A stretch of 64,000 nt of DNA from Macrostomum lignano (lineage: Eukaryota): contig NIVC01000109.1 in the NCBI GenBank assembly GCA_002269645.1, positions 545,670 to 609,669 of the forward strand, in the 5' to 3' direction. Position numbers and translations under genes: made by a program. The notes beneath the pieces are model-generated. The model ran no database searches. It saw only the letters and a program-made list of their open reading frames with translations, and was not told where the DNA came from. Position 1 is the stretch's first letter. Each line of letters opens with the position of its first letter. This document shows positions 61,601-64,000 of this stretch, piece by piece.

Positions 61601-62512
61601 GCCGAACAACTCATCCTGCAGGTCCTCTAATCCCAATAACTAATCCCCTGGCAGAGTGCTCACTGGACAACCCGTGCGTCGGTCTGAGTCGTCACGCGCA
61701 CTTCGAGAATTTCGGCATGGCCTTCCTGACCCTGTTCCGCATAGCAACCGGAGACAACTGGAACGGGATCATGAAGGACACCCTGCGCGGCAAGTGCGAC
61801 TCCAGCGACAGCTGCGTGAAGAACTGCTGCGTGTCGGGCTTTTTTGCGCCAATCTACTTTGTGGTGTTCGTGCTCATGGCCCAGTTCGTGCTGGTCAACG
61901 TTGTGGTGGCCGTGCTCATGAAACACCTGGAGGTCTGCGGCCGGGGTTGCCGGGTTGCTGGGTAGGGTAGGGTGTTGTAGGGTAGAGTGGGGTGTTGTAG
62001 GGTAGAGTGGGGTGTTGTAGGGTAGAGTGGGGTGTTGTAGGGTAGAGTGGGGTGTTGTAGGGTAGAGTGGGGTGTTGTAGGGTAGAGTGGGGTGTAGTAG
62101 GGTAGAGTGATGTATGGTAGGGCAGAGTGGGGTGTTGTAGGGTAGAGTGATGTATGGTAGGGTAGAGTGATGTATGGTAGGGTAGAGTGGGTGTTGTAGG
62201 GTAGAGTGGGGTGTTGTAGGGTAGAGTGGGGTGTTTTAGGGTAGAGTGGGGTGTTTTAGGGTAAAGTGGGGTGTTTTAGGGTAGAGTGGCGTGTTGTAGG
62301 GTAGAGTGGGGGGTGTTTTAGGGTAGAGTGGGGTTCATCTGGGCAGAGCGGACTATCCCGAATGCAGTAGCTTGCTTTCCTACCAACGGCAGGAGTCGCA
62401 CAAGATGATGTCAGACGATGACGAGCTGGAAAAAGAAATTCGTCGAGAACTTGAAGAGGAGAATCGAGAAAGTCAACGGCAACGGGAAAGACGTCAGAGG
62501 GAGGTGAAGGAG
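34613..62512 (+). CDS. Cav3 (CACNA1G/H/I-like): T-type voltage-gated calcium channel alpha1 (Cav3), 25 coding exons in window, C-terminus outside window
   Basis: Exons: 34613-34791, 41399-41644, 43255-43352, 43894-44065, 44757-45078, 45963-46055, 46606-47194, 50662-50757, 50836-50966, 51058-51209, 51411-51596, 52123-52276, 52522-52677, 53893-54082, 54596-54879, 54977-55342, 55422-55495, 56031-56154, 57352-57861, 58467-58749, 59370-59521, 60053-60293, 61410-61559, 61655-61932, 62393-62512. All phases are compatible (5346 nt). Four S4 segments: [47 protein letters not shown]. Pore loops SLESW/TQEDW/SKDGW/TGDNW give EEDD, diagnostic for Cav3. The I-II gating brake ([17 protein letters not shown]) and the [11 protein letters not shown] motif are present. 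Boundaries of the II-III linker exons and the start codon are less certain. Confidence 0.96.
37205..37617. repeat. Minisatellite, 22-bp unit agagggtgagagatgggagggt
   Basis: Visible tandem array inside the U12 intron. Confidence 0.95.
38743..39665. repeat. Minisatellite, 34-bp unit gagagtcactccaagaacggcaggcagatgaggt
   Basis: About 27 tandem copies with variants. Confidence 0.97.
40255..41170. repeat. Minisatellite, 20-bp unit tccagtctctaatctcaccc
   Basis: Visible tandem array. A higher-order block (acccatttgtctcttatctcacgttcctgtaactc) recurs three times. Confidence 0.95.
41710..42530. repeat. Minisatellite, 26-bp unit gaaggcctgtcacccttcactgtttt
   Basis: About 30 copies in Cav3 intron 2. Confidence 0.97.
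42940..43190. repeat. Degenerate pyrimidine-rich repeat (catctgacccttcattcc-like)
   Basis: Visible degenerate tandem units upstream of the exon-3 acceptor. Confidence 0.7.
43395..43860. repeat. Degenerate 12-bp repeat aatacctgt(tt/ct)(a/g)
   Basis: Fills Cav3 intron 3. Confidence 0.9.
44115..44520. repeat. Minisatellite, 22-bp unit atagctgtctctcctgactctc
   Basis: Located in Cav3 intron 4. Confidence 0.95.
45125..45345. repeat. Three copies of a long (~80-bp) unit beginning caaccaatcagactcgaggaggg
   Basis: Located in Cav3 intron 5. Confidence 0.85.
46135..46582. repeat. Minisatellite, 22-bp unit gggagttcactgggtagatagc
   Basis: Located in Cav3 intron 6, ending ~25 nt before the acceptor. 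Confidence 0.97.
47195..48135. repeat. Minisatellite, 20-bp unit gtgagcgggactgcttgaga, starting at the splice donor
   Basis: About 47 copies beginning immediately at the GT of Cav3 intron 7. Confidence 0.98.
48838..49098. repeat. Minisatellite, 31-bp unit ggcctgaccacagatactgagtagtatattt
   Basis: About 8 perfect copies. Confidence 0.97.
50110..50450 (-). mobile_element. tRNA-derived SINE family A, copy 2
   Basis: Collinear with 33000-33320. The B-box-like ggctcgattcc is on the minus strand. Confidence 0.8.
54120..54410 (+). mobile_element. SINE family B: truncated tRNA head plus a CORE/Meta-type central domain
   Basis: B box ggttcgattccc, then gtgtccttgagcaagacacttaactc...tccacccagctgtaaaatgggt (the conserved central domain of CORE/Meta-type SINEs), and a 3' part shared with 32235-32430. 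Confidence 0.8.
55548..55915. repeat. Minisatellite, 29-bp unit gagattggagtgaggtgggtgtttcataa
   Basis: About 13 copies in a Cav3 intron. Confidence 0.96.
56185..57317. repeat. Minisatellite, 22/23-bp unit ctctcagattgagggtcggggat
   Basis: About 50 copies filling the intron between the IIIS1 and IIIS2 exons. Confidence 0.98.
58015..58462. repeat. 9-bp repeat (aaccaactc)n abutting a splice acceptor
   Basis: Direct reading. It is the source of the spurious LVE/SWL ORFs. Confidence 0.97.
58945..59290. repeat. Minisatellite, 44-bp unit aggatcccaaagccccagcattcaaatcccaaaccatagtccta
   Basis: About 8 copies. Confidence 0.95.
59685..59992. repeat. Degenerate 16-bp repeat tacatttgtactttat
   Basis: Visible tandem array. 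Confidence 0.9.
60380..61066. repeat. Minisatellite, 16-bp unit aaaacggcgccatccc
   Basis: About 42 copies with variants. Confidence 0.97.
61067..61330 (+). mobile_element. tRNA-derived SINE family A, copy 3 (internal deletion)
   Basis: Head gggggccgtaacccagtggtc...ccaggctcgattcc. The body is shared with copies 1 and 2 but lacks the ~70-nt segment after gtcacattaa. Confidence 0.8.
61965..62335. repeat. Minisatellite, 20-bp unit gggtagagtggggtgttgta
   Basis: Fills the intron after the IVS6 exon. Confidence 0.96.
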
Positions 62513-62547
62513 GTGAGTGAGAATTGGCATCAAGGTTATTTCCAGCA

Positions 62548-64000
62548 ACACTATTATCGACACTATTAACCGAAACTATTACCGACACTATTAGCCGACA
62601 CTATTAGCCAACACTATTAACCGACACTATTACCGACACTATTAACCGACACTATTAACTGACACTATTAACCGACACTATTAACCGACACTTTTACCAA
62701 CACTATTAACCGACACTATTAACCGACACTATTAACCGACACTATTAACCGACACTATTACCGACACTATTACCGACACTATTACCGACACTATTACCGA
62801 CACTATTAACCGACACTATTACCGACACTATTAACCGACACTATTAACCGACACTATTAACCGACACTATTAACCGACACTATTACCGACACTATTACCG
62901 ACACTATTAACCGACACTATTACCGACACTATTAACCGACACTATTAACCGACACTATTACCGACACTATTACCGACGCTATTAACCGACACTATTAACC
63001 GACACTATTACCAACACTATTAACCGACACTATTAACCGACACTATTAACTGACACTATTAACCGACACTATTAACCGACACTTTTACCAACACTATTAA
63101 CCGACACTATTAACCGACACTATTACCAACACTATTAACCGACACTATTAACCGACACTATTAACTGACACTATTAACCGACACTATTAACCGACACTTT
63201 TACCAACACTATTAACCGACACTATTAACCGACACTATTACCGACACTATTACCGACACTATTAACCGACACTATTACCGACACTATTACCGACACTATT
63301 ACCAACACTATTAACCGACACTATTAACCGACACTATTACCGACACTATTACCGACACTATTAACCGACACTATTACCGACACTATTAACCGACACTATT
63401 AACCGACACTATTACCGACACTATTACCGACGCTATTAACCGACACTATTAACCGACACTATTACCAACACTATTAACCGACACTATTACCGACACTATT
63501 AACCGACACTATTAACCGACACTATTACCGACACTATTAACCGACACTATTACCGACACTATTAACCGACACTATTACCGACACTATAACCGACACTATT
63601 AGCCGACACTATTAACCGACACTATTAACCGACACTATTAGCCGACACTATTAGCCGACACTATTACCGACACTATTAACCGACACTATTAACCGACACT
63701 ATTAACCGACACTATTACCGACACTATAACCGACACTATTAGCCGACACTATTAACCGACACTATTAACCGACACTATTAACCGACACTATTAACCGACA
63801 CTATTAACCGACACTATTAGCCGACACTATTAACCGACACTATTAGCCGACACTATTAACCGACACTATTAGCCGACACTATTACCGACACTATTAACCG
63901 ACACTATTAACCGACACTATTAACCGACACTATTACCGACACTATAACCGACACTATTAGCCGACACTATTAACCGACACTATTAACCGACACTATTAAC
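62548..64000. repeat. 12/13-bp minisatellite (a)ccgacactatta, running off the window
   Basis: More than 100 copies downstream of the last visible Cav3 exon. Confidence 0.98.

Noticed and set aside
7242-64000. CRISPR-like interpretation of the many regular repeat arrays
   Set aside because: Units are directly tandem with no unique spacers, lie in spliceosomal introns, and no cas genes are present.
1-64000. Spliced-leader RNA or intact tRNA genes
   Set aside because: No SL-like sequence was seen. The tRNA-like heads lack complete cloverleaf 3' halves and belong to SINEs.

Overview
Eukaryotic (metazoan) genomic DNA with GC-rich spliceosomal exons and introns packed with minisatellites. This style resembles the free-living flatworm Macrostomum, which is an inference only. 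From left to right the window holds: (1) a decayed Ty3/Gypsy pol remnant interrupted by a 5'-truncated RTE-type LINE; (2) a 2-exon Speedy/RINGO gene (-) and a 3-exon MUL1/MAPL-like RING E3 ligase gene (-); (3) a near full-length, frameshifted CR1/L2-group LINE with a PHD-finger ORF1 (-); (4) a small spliced gene encoding an 89-aa secreted prepropeptide with a predicted amidated peptide WFVNQHILPPE-NH2 (-); (5) a nest of non-autonomous DNA transposons, including an 8-bp-TSD (hAT-like) MITE family in which every copy carries a ~64-nt piece of 28S rRNA spanning the R2/I-PpoI target site; (6) a T-type calcium channel (Cav3, EEDD filter) gene on +, for which I reconstructed 25 phase-consistent coding exons (1782 codons) from 34613 to 62512, with the C-terminus beyond the window. 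The first reconstructed Cav3 intron is a 6.6-kb U12-type AT-AC intron, and most long introns carry their own private minisatellite. All splice models and alignments were done by eye, and no database searches were run.
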